DNA of 64,000 nucleotides from Callorhinchus milii. Lineage: Eukaryota. Shown here piece after piece: positions 50,941 to 64,000 of the stretch. The translations under genes were made by a program, and so were the position numbers. Position 1 is the stretch's first letter; each line of letters begins with the position of its first letter. Under the pieces are notes generated by a model, which was not told where the DNA came from, ran no database searches, and worked only from the letters and a program-made list of their open reading frames with translations. The stretch lies in NCBI RefSeq assembly GCF_018977255.1, contig NW_024704762.1, forward strand, positions 9,176,001-9,240,000, written 5' to 3'.

Positions 50941-52109
50941 TTGTTAGGTTACTGACTGAGCTCCACTCTGTGTGTGTTACCTGTTACACAGTAGAGAACA
51001 AGTGGAATTGACCTTAGTGGCGATAGAGATGGTGAACTTTCAAGGCAGTGTGTGTGTGTGTGTGTGAACCCTGTCAGCTCAAGTAATGTCAGGGACTTAG
51101 GCCAAACTGGGGGTCAACTTTCAAACCATTTGGACTCAATTGTCCTTTGATACAAAACTGGATGTTGCACACAGAGAAAGATAGTTACCTTCACTACGTC
51201 CCGACACAAAACTAGTAAAGAATCCCACTAAGCTTGGGAGATGGTGTAAGCATGAAGTGCTGATCCTCTTAAGAACAAATTAGATAGATTTCCGTGAGGA
51301 ATTAATATCTCGGGATACAATACTATATTTGGGGCACGACATGAGGTAAGCAACGGCCAGGATGGTGGAAGGCAAACTGGATGGACCTTGGTTTTCTTTC
51401 ATCCGGCAAATTCTCAGCTTCTTATATTCTTATAAACTGCATTCAACTTCCTACTGACAGACACCTGGTAATCATATTTATGCCACACATTCAGCCCCAC
51501 AAGCTTGCCGCTGTGAAACCTTCCCAGGTATTTCCATTTGCTGTTAATTCTCATTGCCGGCTCATTTGAACAATAAAGAAAAAGTTTGTAACTTGTGAGT
51601 TGAATGGTTGTTTGACTTCAGTAATTCAAAGAGCTGACACAGACACGACGGGCCCGAATGGCCTTTTTCTGTGCTCTAAATGCGCGCGCACGAAATACGC
51701 AGTGAATTCACTTTACGGTATTACTCTAGAGGGGACCGAGTGTCCCATGAACACCACCTGACACTACCACCCCACCACACAGCCACACTTTCTGATGAAC
51801 AACACTACAGGGCAGCTTTGGTACAAAGCACCTCAGGGCACTTCACACATAATTGCTGACAAGTGTCGTGACTGTATGTGTAAACAACTATTGTAAAATA
51901 ATAACTCTCTTGGACAAGAGGCCGCAAACAACCACGAGGGGAACGAACAATTGTGGGCCAGGACACTGGGAGAGACTCCCTTCGCTCTTCAAACGACACC
52001 ACGGAATCTTTATCTCGCGCATGTACCTGTACAAGCACAGACTCACCCTCAGGATGGCACCTCAGATAATGCCATAGCCCGCGCCCCCCTCAGTTCTGCC
52101 TTGATATGG

Positions 52110-52260
52110 CCGCCCAGCCGCATCTCCACCAGCTTCCTCTACGGCAACATGTACTGCTCTGTCCTCCTCCTCGCCTTCGTCCGTTATTTCTGGTCTTTCG
52201 CCAGCGTGGGCTGGGTGCCTTGCCATGTCTGCTCGCTCTGGTGCGTGATGTGGCTGTGAT
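52110..52260 (+). pseudogene. PAR pseudogene fragment (TM3-TM4 remnant)
   Basis: RISTSFLYGNMYCSVLLLAFVRYF matches TM3 of the neighbouring PARs (FYGNMYCSILLLTFISVDRYF) with a deletion in the DRY region; flanked by SINE and LINE pieces. Confidence 0.75.
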
Positions 52261-53509
52261 CAGGGCTTTCATTCTCAGCCAAAGGAGAAGCAGTGAAGGT
52301 GCTAACAAGCGGGAAAATCACTACACTACCGGGACTCCAATATTAAGAAGAACATTAAGACTCAATTGAATTCCTCGTCCCCCGAGTCGTCCGCTCCACC
52401 CTCGGTGGCCGTGCCTTCAGCCACTGCGCCCCGAGGCTCTGGAACTGCCTCCCTCCCTCCCTTCGTCTCGTTCCCTCCCTTCCCATTTTCAGATCTCTGC
52501 TGAAGACCTTTCTTTTCGACCGTGCCTTTGGTCACCTTCCTCCCCCACTCCCCCCCACTCTTCCCTCTCCCACTCCCCCCGGCTCGGCCCCGGGATCCGT
52601 TACCGTGAAGCGGTACTGAGCCGCCTTCCGACACTGAGCCGCCCTCCAAACCCAAGTTGTTGTTGTTGAATTCTCAGGAGTGACAGAGTGGGCAGCTGAA
52701 CTGACTCCAACGCTGCATTGAAAGCACCCGTCAATCACAATTCACTCTACAGTATATTCTGTGAAGAGTTTTGAGACGTCTCGAAGACGTGATGAGGCGC
52801 TGTATCAAATGCAAGGATTATTATTAGTAGTATTATCTCAGCCGCTCGACCACACATTACAAAACTCTAACAGATGTTTCCTTTCCCTGTGAACTCTAGG
52901 TGTGGAATAATAAAATTAAAGAGATTGTTCTTTTGTGACTCGAATCTTTGTTTTTCACTTCAGTAATTCTCTTGGGTTCAACTTCTGCCAGGGACATTGC
53001 ATTGACCACAAAGCGTCTGACCACAGAAGAGTTGCGAGCAGCTGAGATGTGTCACACTGGTCTGGTTGCAATCCAGTGCCCTTCCTCAGCGATCACACTC
53101 TCCATTCCTGTTTCTCTCAACCCCGTGACCCTCTGATCCCTATGTCCTGCGGAGCTTTTGTTAATAATTCGACAGGCGGTGCTAAGAGAATAGAATTTAT
53201 TGCCTAAGATGAAACGTAAGGTTTTACAATCTGTAATCAAATTATACGACATATAACAGCACAACATCAGTACAGCACATCTGTGTGAGCAAAACATTTA
53301 CCACACAGCACGCACAAGGGTTGATCAGTACTCCAGACAAACAACACCCCACAAAATTTACAGCAGAGATCAGGGACAACTGATTCTGTAACACAAAACT
53401 TCAGAAGACAGACAATCCCCATTCAGCCTCTGGAATCGCCCCTCAGATCCTCACAGTACCTTGCAGCCCTTAGTACTGACCATACAGGGACAACAACACG
53501 TATCCAGGC

Positions 53510-54020
53510 ACCTTGGAGGGGGTGCAGTGTAGATTTACTAGATTAGTACCAGGGATGAAGGGGATGAGTTACGAGGATAGGCTGACCAATTTGGGCCTAT
53601 ATTCTCTAGAATATAGAAGAATTAGAGCGGATCTTATAGAAACCTATAAGATCATCAAAGGGTATGATAGAGTAGATAGTGGGAGATTGTTTCCCCGGTT
53701 GGAGAAACTAAAACCAGGGGTCACAACCTTAAAATCAGAGGCAGCCCTTTCGCACTGAGTTGAAGAAGAACTTCTTCACTCAAAGGGCAGTGAATGTATG
53801 GAACTCACTACCCCAAAGGGCTGTTGACGCTCAGTCCTTGAACATATTCAAGACTGAGATAGATAGATTACTTATTGCAAAAGCGATTAAGGGATATGGG
53901 GATAAGGCAGCGTCAGGTTATTAGCTGGAGTTAGATTAGAAGATCAGCCATGATTGGATGGCGGGGCAGGTTCGAAGGGCTGAATGGCCTACTTCTGCTC
54001 CTGTATGTTATGTTATGTTA
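53510..54020 (+). mobile_element. CR1-type LINE 3' end
   Basis: LEGVQCRFTRLVPGMKGMSYEDRL..LGLYSLE.RR.R.DLIETYKI is the typical CR1 ORF2 C-terminus; (ATGTT)n tail. Confidence 0.9.
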
Positions 54021-54043
54021 CGTTTCGTACTCCAGACTAAGCA

Positions 54044-54044
<1 letters not shown>

Positions 54045-54102
<58 letters not shown>

Positions 54103-54410
54103 CCTTGCATTTGATATAGCGCTTTTCACGTCGGGAGGACGTCCCAAAGCGCTTCACAGAACACACTGTAAAGTGAATTGACTGTATATTTGTGGGCGAA
54201 CGCGGCAGCCAATTGCGCACAGCAATGTCCCACAAACAGTCGTAGATTGAAAATGACCAATTTTATTATTGTTTTGGTTTTGGAGGGATTATTATTAGGC
54301 TCTGTGTGGAGTAAGGAAACTTGCCCAAGGTTTCGCCCTCTGCCTGGAATTGAACTCAGGTCTCTCACTTGCAAAGCGAATGCTCTAACCACTGAGCTAC
54401 AGGACTCCAC
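54045..54410 (-). mobile_element. tRNA-derived SINE, young subfamily, long (ATT)n tail
   Basis: Reverse complement nearly identical to 56790-57132. Confidence 0.9.
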
Positions 54411-56789
54411 AGTAGACCTGGGATCACACCTTGACATACACTGGAGATATCACAGAACTATCACACAGAGTCACAGAGAACGACTCCTGGAAACCTAACA
54501 GAAACCATCGGCTCTTAGCCCATACTCGTACTGTCTAACCTGATTTCTGTGGTTCAAACGGACCAACCACTACTATTGTAATTACTTCTCTGCCTAGCAA
54601 ACAGAACCAAAAGCATATTACCCAGTGACTACTCCTCCTCTTCCACTTTTAATGGTCACTTTCTTACTGGAGGTAAATTCCCTCACCCCGTACATATACA
54701 TAGACACACAGTAGAATCGATATCGGTTCCACTGGGAAGTGCTGACCCTTTACACAACTCCAATTATTCCAAAGTTACATCTTTCTGTCTTTTAGGTGTT
54801 TCTAACTCCACAGGTCACAGATATAGATAGCCCCCATCCTACGCAGCTGCTTTGCACAGAGAGAGACACGGACAACTTCCGGGCAGCCTCCCACAAGTCT
54901 TCTCAGCCTCGAGATAGACAGGCTTCTCTTTCTGCGGTCCATTGCTCTTGCATCTATGCTGAAGGACCCGATGGCTCATTATCTCAGAGGAGTGAACATC
55001 TTCCCAGGAAAAAAAAGAAATACATTCAGAAGCTGACCTCAGCCCATCCAGCAAAGCTACTTTTAACCATTTAACTATCAAACCTTCTGGAAAACTTGGT
55101 TGCTGTTTGAAAATATATCAATGTATCCCGAGGCAATAGTTAATATATTTCAACATTTTGAGATTCCCTTGCCCGACCCACCCCATCCCGAAACCTTGGC
55201 TCCAGCCAACCTATGTTTGAACGCTCCGGGATTACATAAATAGGAACATAGGAGCTGGCCATTCAGCCCCTTGAGCCAGTTCCACTTTTCTATAAGATCA
55301 TGGTTGACCTATACCTTAACTTAACTCCATTTCCCCGCCCTTGCCCCCATTAAATTAGATCAGGTAAACAGAGATCTCTCTAGCGCACAAACGGAAACTA
55401 GATTATATGAAACTTTAAATAGATTGGTTTGAAACCTCTAAGCCTCACTGATGTCACAGACCACTTCACAATAATAATAACAATAATAATAATCCTGGCA
55501 TTTGATACAGCGCCTTATCACGTCACAGAGACGTCTCAAAGCGCTTCACAGGAAACACCGTAAAGTGGAAATGACTGTGCATTTGTAGGCGAACCACATG
55601 GCAGCCAATTGCCACAGCAACATCCCATAACTAGCCATGGAGTGAGCAACCCATTTTATTTGGGGGGATTGTCGGCCGGGAGAGACGGAAATTCTCTTCT
55701 CTTTTCGAATAGTGTCACGGGAGATCTTTAATGTCCACCTGAACAGAGCAGACGGGACCTTGGTTTAACTTCTCACCTGAAGGACGGCACCTGCATCAAT
55801 GCAGCAATGCACCCCCAGCGCTGCATTGGAGTGTCATCTTAGACATTGTGAATCTAAGTTCCTATCTGAGGCTGAAGCCCACAACCTTCTGAATCCGAGG
55901 CGAGAGCATTACCCACAGCACCAGACTGATACACAATTGGTATAGTACTAAATTTACTTATTGCCTGGTGTCAGCAGTTGTGACAGCTCAGGGCTGACGT
56001 TGTATCTGCATGTCATGTACAGATTTTTTTGCCAAATATAAAGCTCAGATTTCCCGTGATGAAATAATCCTGTGCATTGTTTTCTTCCACTTACGCAGTG
56101 ACCAATTTGGATACTTCGAAAAGGGAACTTGTTAAACACTGCAATGTCGCAATGTCTGGAATTTTCACATCTCCCCTCGTCACCATCCCCACCCTCACCC
56201 CCACACATTTTCACACACAGATAGAAGTGCACAAGCGGTTCTATTCTAATCAGAAGACCACAAGAGAGTGCAGAAGGCTCTGCAACACATTTGACCTCAT
56301 CCTGTAGCTCAGCAGTTAGAGCACTCGTCTCACAAGCGAAGGACCTGGGTTTGATTTCCGGCACGGCAAAATCTTGGGCGAGTTTTCTTATTCCGCACGC
56401 CTGATAATAGTCCCTCAAGAAAAAAAATAATAAATCGGTCACTTCAATCCGGGACGCTTCTGTGCGCAATTGGTTGCCTCGTTTCGCCCACAAATATACA
56501 GACAATTCACTTTACAGTATATTCTGTGAAGCGCTTTGAGACGTCAAGAAGACGTGAAAAGCGCTGTATCAAATGCGAGGATTATTATTATTATTATTTA
56601 TCCACCTTCACAGCATCGAGCAGTTTCTCAAATGAGTTACCACCCTAACCTGTTAAATTAAGCAATTTTAAGCAAAGTAAAATCCAGTGCTTTGGGATGT
56701 CCTTTCGAATGTGAAAGGCGCTGTATAAATATAATTTGTCGTTGAAGTTGTCCATCACAATTGTCCTGTACTCATCTTGATCTTGATTT

Positions 56790-57097
56790 GTGGAGTCCTG
56801 TAGCTCAGTGGTTAGAGCACTCGCTTTGCAAGCGAGAGACCTGAGTTCAATTCCAGGCAGAGGGCGAAACCTTGGGCAAGTTTCCTTACTCCACACAGAG
56901 CCTAATAATAATCCCTCCAAAACCAAAAACAATAATAAATTGGTCATTTTCAATCTACGACACTTTGTGGGACATTGCTGTGCGCAATTGGCTGCCGCGT
57001 TCGCCCACAAATATACAGTCAATTCACTTTACAGTATATTCTGTGAAGCGCTTTGGGACGTCCTCCCGACGTGAAAAGCGCTATATCAAATGCAAGG

Positions 57098-57132
<35 letters not shown>
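56790..57132 (+). mobile_element. tRNA-derived SINE, young subfamily
   Basis: Full-length copy with intact A and B boxes. Confidence 0.9.
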
Positions 57133-57559
57133 CCCACTCCATCCCCCAAAAATCCTTTCCTTCTCAGGAGTGTTTGCCCTGAAGACAAGCACTGAATATC
57201 CTGAATCTGCCCCGTTGTCCCCCTGCTGCAGGAAGAAACGTTAAACTAATTTAGTTTTGAGCAGTCATGTTAGTTGAAAGTGTGAAATAGAAGTGATTAA
57301 TTCACTTCCTTAAAGTTCTAAACCAATTGTGGCACAAGATTCTCAGATACTCAGACACACACGTCACATATCATCTGTATCAAGATTTTATAGTCCGGCT
57401 GCTCTGAGTGATGTGATCGAGTTTTTTTCCTCTTCTGTAACTGCTGGAACTGACTGTCGGAGTTGTGTCGGAGGCAATCTATCGGTAGACACTTCGTTCA
57501 GTGAGCAGTGACCGTTTCCATTTGCTGAGCCACACAGACAAGCCACACTGGCTACCAGA

Positions 57560-60422
57560 ATGCTGCCATCACCCTCGCCTGGATCAGTGGTCCTCCTGCT
57601 CGTTCTCAGTTGCTTAGCCACAGCCTTCTCCACACATAACTCTGACGGTAAGACACTGACCTTCTTTCCAGTCACTCTTAAGAGACTCATAAGGGGAGAA
57701 ATTACGCCCGGGTCTGGATTCATTCCGTTTTCGTAGCATTTAAAAGAGAGTTCAGAATTTGGCAAATTGTTAAAACACTTCCCTTTACTGAATATCTCGT
57801 AGGTTTGGTGTTAGCCTGGCTCACTTTGGTAGCACTCCTACCTCTGAGTAAGAAGTAACCCGAGGAACCTCTGAAGGTTGTGGGTTCAAGCCCCACATTG
57901 GGACTTTGAGCTCTTATGTCTCGGCTGACGTTTTCCAATGCAGTGCTGCGGGTAATGCTGCACTGTTGAAGCTGCCTGTTCAAGTAGATGTTAAAGGTAC
58001 TAGAAAAGAGGAGGTTTCTCCCAGTGACTTAGCCAACAATCCCTGGATAAAATATGTCATTCACTTTATGCGTGTTGATGGAACGTTGCCGGGTGCAAAC
58101 TGGCCGCACAATTTGTCCTTAAAACACACGGTCACTATACTTTGAAACCCCAGTTCAACGGGGAGGGTTTCAGGTGGGATTTTAAACAGCCAGGGAACAG
58201 GGCGAAGGTGGAAGGATTTGGGGAGAGTTCCTGAGATCAAGCACAAAGCAACCAGGAGATTGGCCACCATTTGTGAAGCAGAAGCAGACGGAAATCGTGA
58301 GATTAGACGTGGTCGGAGGAAAATGTAGAGATAAGAGTCTTGCACATTCAACACAGGATCTGAGGTCCCGCTCATGCAGCCACTTTTAGTGCAACCTTCA
58401 GATAAGATGTTAAATGTTAGATCTGGCGTCCTGTAGAGTAGTGGTTAGAGCCTTCGCCTCGCAAGCGAGAGGACCCTGGTTTGATTCCCGGGCAGGACCC
58501 AAACTTAGGCAAGTTTCCTTACTCCACATGCCTCGGTTTACCTAGCTGTAAGTAGGTGGCCGTTGGTCGATCGGCGGATCGCTTTTCTGGGGGCTAATAA
58601 TTCTTTCAAAATAAATAAATAAATTGGTCACTCAATCCATGACTGTTTGTGGGACACTGCTGTGAGCAATTTACTGCCACATCTTGTGATAAGGCGCTAT
58701 ATGAAATGTAAGGATATTATTATCCCTTCTGTATGTTTACTCCTACCTCCGTTCCCACAAAATGCTCCAGTGTCATTGCTAATTCCTTTAAACTCACTTC
58801 CTCTTTGCAAGTACTATGGTGCAAATGAGATGCCTGCAATAATTTCGAAAATGTCTGAGGAACTGGAAGAGGACCTTCAGCCCCTCGAACCTGTTTATCC
58901 ATTCTATAAGATCATGGCTGATCTGTACCTCAACTCCAATTACCCGCCTTTGCCCCATATCCCTTGATACCCTGACCTAACAGATATCTATCCACCTCAG
59001 TCTTGAAAATTTGCATCCAGCCAGAATCCACAGCCTTTTGGGGGAGTTTCTTTTTTAAAAGAACTTTTGTGAGGTCTGGAGAATTGCTCATCCAAAGGCA
59101 GAACTACACCCAGATAAATTGCTCCCCACCCGCCCTGCCCCCTCCTTTCCCATCTTCAGGTCGCACCTGAAGACCTTCCTATTCGACCGTGCCTACGGCT
59201 ATCTGCCCCCTCCCCCAGGCTCGGCATCATGCTCGGCCACTGCCAAGAGCTCTGGGAAGCTATATAAATGCAAGTTGCTGTTGTTGTTATTTCGGCAGTG
59301 ATATCAAACAAATGCAGGGATTCTGAATCATAAAAGGTACTTATTCCTTCCCTCTCTTTCCGTACAGTGATAGAAAAAGCACAATTCCCCAAGTCCAGAA
59401 AATTTCCCATCTATTCGGTTACACAAGATGGTTCAAACCAGACCATCCACAAAGTCAATGAATCGGTCACCAACTACCTGACCGGCAAAGAGATGACACT
59501 GGTGATACCCTACCTGTATTTGGCGATCTTCACCATTGGCCTTCCCGCCAATGCCTTGGCTTTCTGGGTTCTCTTCAGCAAAATCAAGAGGCTTCCCTCC
59601 ACCATCTTCTTCCTCAACTTGGCCTTGGCTGACCTGCTCCTAATGCTTGCCTTACCTCTCAAGATCTCCTACCACCTGTTGGGCAACGACTGGCTATTCG
59701 GGGAGGCCATGTGTCGGGTGTCCAGTGTGATCTTCTACGCCAACGTGTACTCCTCCATCCTGCTACTCACCTGCGTGGCTGTGGACCGTTACCTGGCAGT
59801 GGTCCATCCCTTCTTCTCAAAGGAGCTCAGAACAAGGTCATTCGCCTGGTTCCTCTGTGGCGTTAGCTGGGCTCTGGTATTATTCGCCATGCTGCCCTAT
59901 TACGTCACCCAGCAATCCTACCCAATCGCCGAACTCAACATCACCACTTGCAACGAATTCTTACCCTCCATTGTCCTCGCCAACTATTTCGACAATTACA
60001 CTGTGGGCCTGGTTGTGTTTGGGTTTGTCCTTCCCTGCCTCATCATTGTATTCTGTTACGTGTGTGTGATCAGAATTCTAGTACTCAACCGGGAGAATTA
60101 CACACAGGTCATTAAGGTGACTTTGTTGGTCTTACTGGTATTTCTGATGTGCTTGACTCCCGGGCAGGTCTTCCTATTAATCCAAATTTATACAAATAAC
60201 ATTGACTTTTATAAATATTTCTTGATTTTCCAAATTCTCAGCACTTTCAATAGCTGCATTGACCCATTCATCTATTACTATGCCTCCAGTGAATTCAGGG
60301 CCAAACTGAAGGGGGCAATCTCTACTAACCAGAAAGGGAGCGTACAGGTGTCTAGTAAAACAAAACTGTCAATGCTACAGACTAACAGTTCATCCCAGGC
60401 CAGTGGTCCTGTGCCAGTTTAG
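57560..60422 (+). CDS. Proteinase-activated receptor-like, PAR-D, 380 aa; exons 57560-57647 and 59368-60422
   Basis: Signal exon [35 protein letters not shown]; acceptor polypyrimidine-TACAG/TG in frame; [29 protein letters not shown] and [11 protein letters not shown] motifs. Confidence 0.92.
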
Positions 60423-62545
60423 AGCTCTATTCAATGAGAGGGATGGTGTTCAGAGGAACATAGGAACAGTGGCCATTTGAACATTCTCTGAGAACACAGA
60501 TGATCTGTAGCCCAATACCCTTTGTTTGCCTTTTTCTGATTTGAAACTGTTTTGAGGAAGTGAATTGCACAACCCCATGTCTGCAGTGTAGCCTGGCTCA
60601 TTGATAACTCTCTCACCTCTGAAACAGATACTTGTGAGTTCAAATCCCGCAGCAGGACTTGAGCTCATAGCATCTAAGATGATGGTCCAATGCAGTGCTG
60701 TGGGGAGGGGTCCGTTGTTCGAGGTGCCATCCTTTGGATGAGATATTAAACTGAGGTCCTGTCTGCCTGTTCAGGTGGACGTTAAAGATTCGAATCGAGA
60801 AGTTTCTCTCTCGCCAATAAATCCTCTAAATAGAATTGGTCACTCACTCCATGGCTGTTTATGGGACGCTGCTCTACTGGCAGCCGTGTTACACCCACAA
60901 AATACAGTCACTCCTCTTTTCAGTATAATCTGTAGCTAATTCTGTAGCTGTTGGGACTGTCTATTGGAATTGCAATGATGTTCCTCTTGTGCTTTACCCA
61001 AAGGATGGTTCAGCTAAGCTGACACTCCAGTGCAGCAAACTTAAAACGGGAGGAAGCTCTTTAGAAGGATGTTAAAAATCCCGGACTACTCTTCGAAAAG
61101 GGGGGGGGGGGGGGAAAGTTTTTTCTCAGCCCTCGTTTCCAAGTCAAATATCCTCCAAACAAATTGATCTTTTTGCCTCGTGGCTGCTTGTGGGTGGGAC
61201 TGCGCTGGGCGTAACATGGCTGCTGTATTTGTCTACAAAAAAAATTTAATGAAATTAAATTATTCACCGCATTAAACAGCGATCGCTGTGAAGCGCTTTG
61301 AGAAACTGCGATGTTGCGGCTATAAAAACGCAAGTTCATTTGCTCATCCATACGAAGATGCTCTATATCCCTGACTGTCCAACGCCTTGGGATGTCCTCC
61401 TGACGTGAAAGGCGCTGGATGAACGTAATTTGTTGTTCCGTTGCTCGGTTTTCCGAACTTTAGGATGAAATCCGCAATACACAGTTGCGTCATTTCACGG
61501 ATTAGCTGCAAAATGTATAGCTTAGCGGGAAATATTTTGTGCAATCTTTCAATGGGAAGGCATCTCAAATACTTATACATTCATTTACTGCCTCACACTT
61601 CTGTTCAACATAATCTTTCAAAGATTAAATGTTAATATCTCAATTATTGCATCAAATGTGGTTCATTCAGAAGCCAAGGCTCTTCCGACAACAACAGCTT
61701 ACACTTACACAGCGCTCTCCAGGCAGGTTAGCGTCTCAGAGCGCTTAAAGAGTGGTGGCTAAGCATGATTGAAGAGGAAAGTTTTCAGGTAGGACTCGAA
61801 AAAGTGGAAGGGGGCAACGCATAGAGACTGAGGGAGTGTTCCAGAGTTTCGGAGCTTAGTGGCTAAAGCGTGACCTCTAATGGTGGGGCGGAGGGTGTGA
61901 GGGACGAGGAGGAGGCTGGTGCCAATCAAGCGGAGGGAGCCGTTAAAGGTATGCAGATGCTTTGTGGTTTCCTTATTCTTAGTCACCCAACTTATTCTGT
62001 GCCCAAACACTCCCCTCCCCTGATCCCATTATTCCCACCGACTGGGAGCAACACGTCCTGGGGATGCAATGCTTTAACTTACTGTGGAGCTCAGAATGCC
62101 TAAGCAGTTAGGGCCTTGGCTCACAGGGCTTGTGGACACAGATGTGCCTTGGGTTTCATGTGGGCCTATTGGCATCCAGGCTGAATGAAGCCAGCCCAGT
62201 CTGAAGGGTAGCCAACATAACAAGTGTGAAGTCCAATAGCATATTGGTTAGTGCGCTTGCCTCGCAAGCGAGAGAACCCGGGCTCGATTACCGGGCAGGG
62301 CGAAACGTTAGACAAGATTCCCTACGCCACACACACACGCGAGCGTGCGCCTGTTTCCCTAGCAGTGCGTGTGTGTAAACCTGAACTTCTCTCTCACGAC
62401 ATTAAGCGCAAGGTGTGATGCTGCCCAACAACCAGACACTGGCAGCTCGGGCAGAATGAAGTGCAATGCTAGCAGGTTTTATTGGAAATTTTGCACAGAA
62501 CACAATGTGGCAGAGGAGTCAGCGTGCCCGGCCCCAACTCGCAGG

Positions 62546-64000
<1,455 letters not shown>

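Noticed and set aside
56790-56865. tRNA-Ala-like sequences (also at 21736, 41591, 45895, 49658 and others)
   Set aside because: They are SINE heads: each continues into the SINE body and I could not form a proper acceptor stem, so they are not called as tRNA genes.

Overview
Vertebrate genomic DNA, not prokaryotic. The repeat content (tRNA-head Deu-type SINEs with an L2-like tail, L2 and CR1 LINE fragments) points to a cartilaginous fish; the species cannot be determined from this window. I reconstructed the exons by hand from splice signals and reading frames. (1) A cluster of five intact S100 genes (3.7-28 kb), each with a non-coding first exon and two coding exons. Two are conventional (S100Z/A1/B-like) and three have altered EF-hand loops. 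(2) A tandem array of four apparently intact proteinase-activated receptor (PAR/F2R-family) genes plus two pseudogene fragments (34.8-60.4 kb, all + strand). Each intact gene has a signal-peptide exon and a different N-terminal cleavage/tethered-ligand region. (3) The last three exons of a UBA52 gene (- strand) whose eL40 moiety is unusually divergent. Highlights: a 319-nt SINE-containing insertion in one PAR coding exon forms a GT-AG intron whose removal restores the paralog's reading frame exactly (candidate recent intron gain). Two PARs have near-identical 7TM cores but differ in the N-terminus and ECL2. One PAR C-terminus is read from an inserted LINE. The S100Z-like/PAR/UBA52 linkage combines neighbours of human 5q13 and 19p13. 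Two assembly gaps are present. Most short ORFs in the supplied track are repeat-derived noise.
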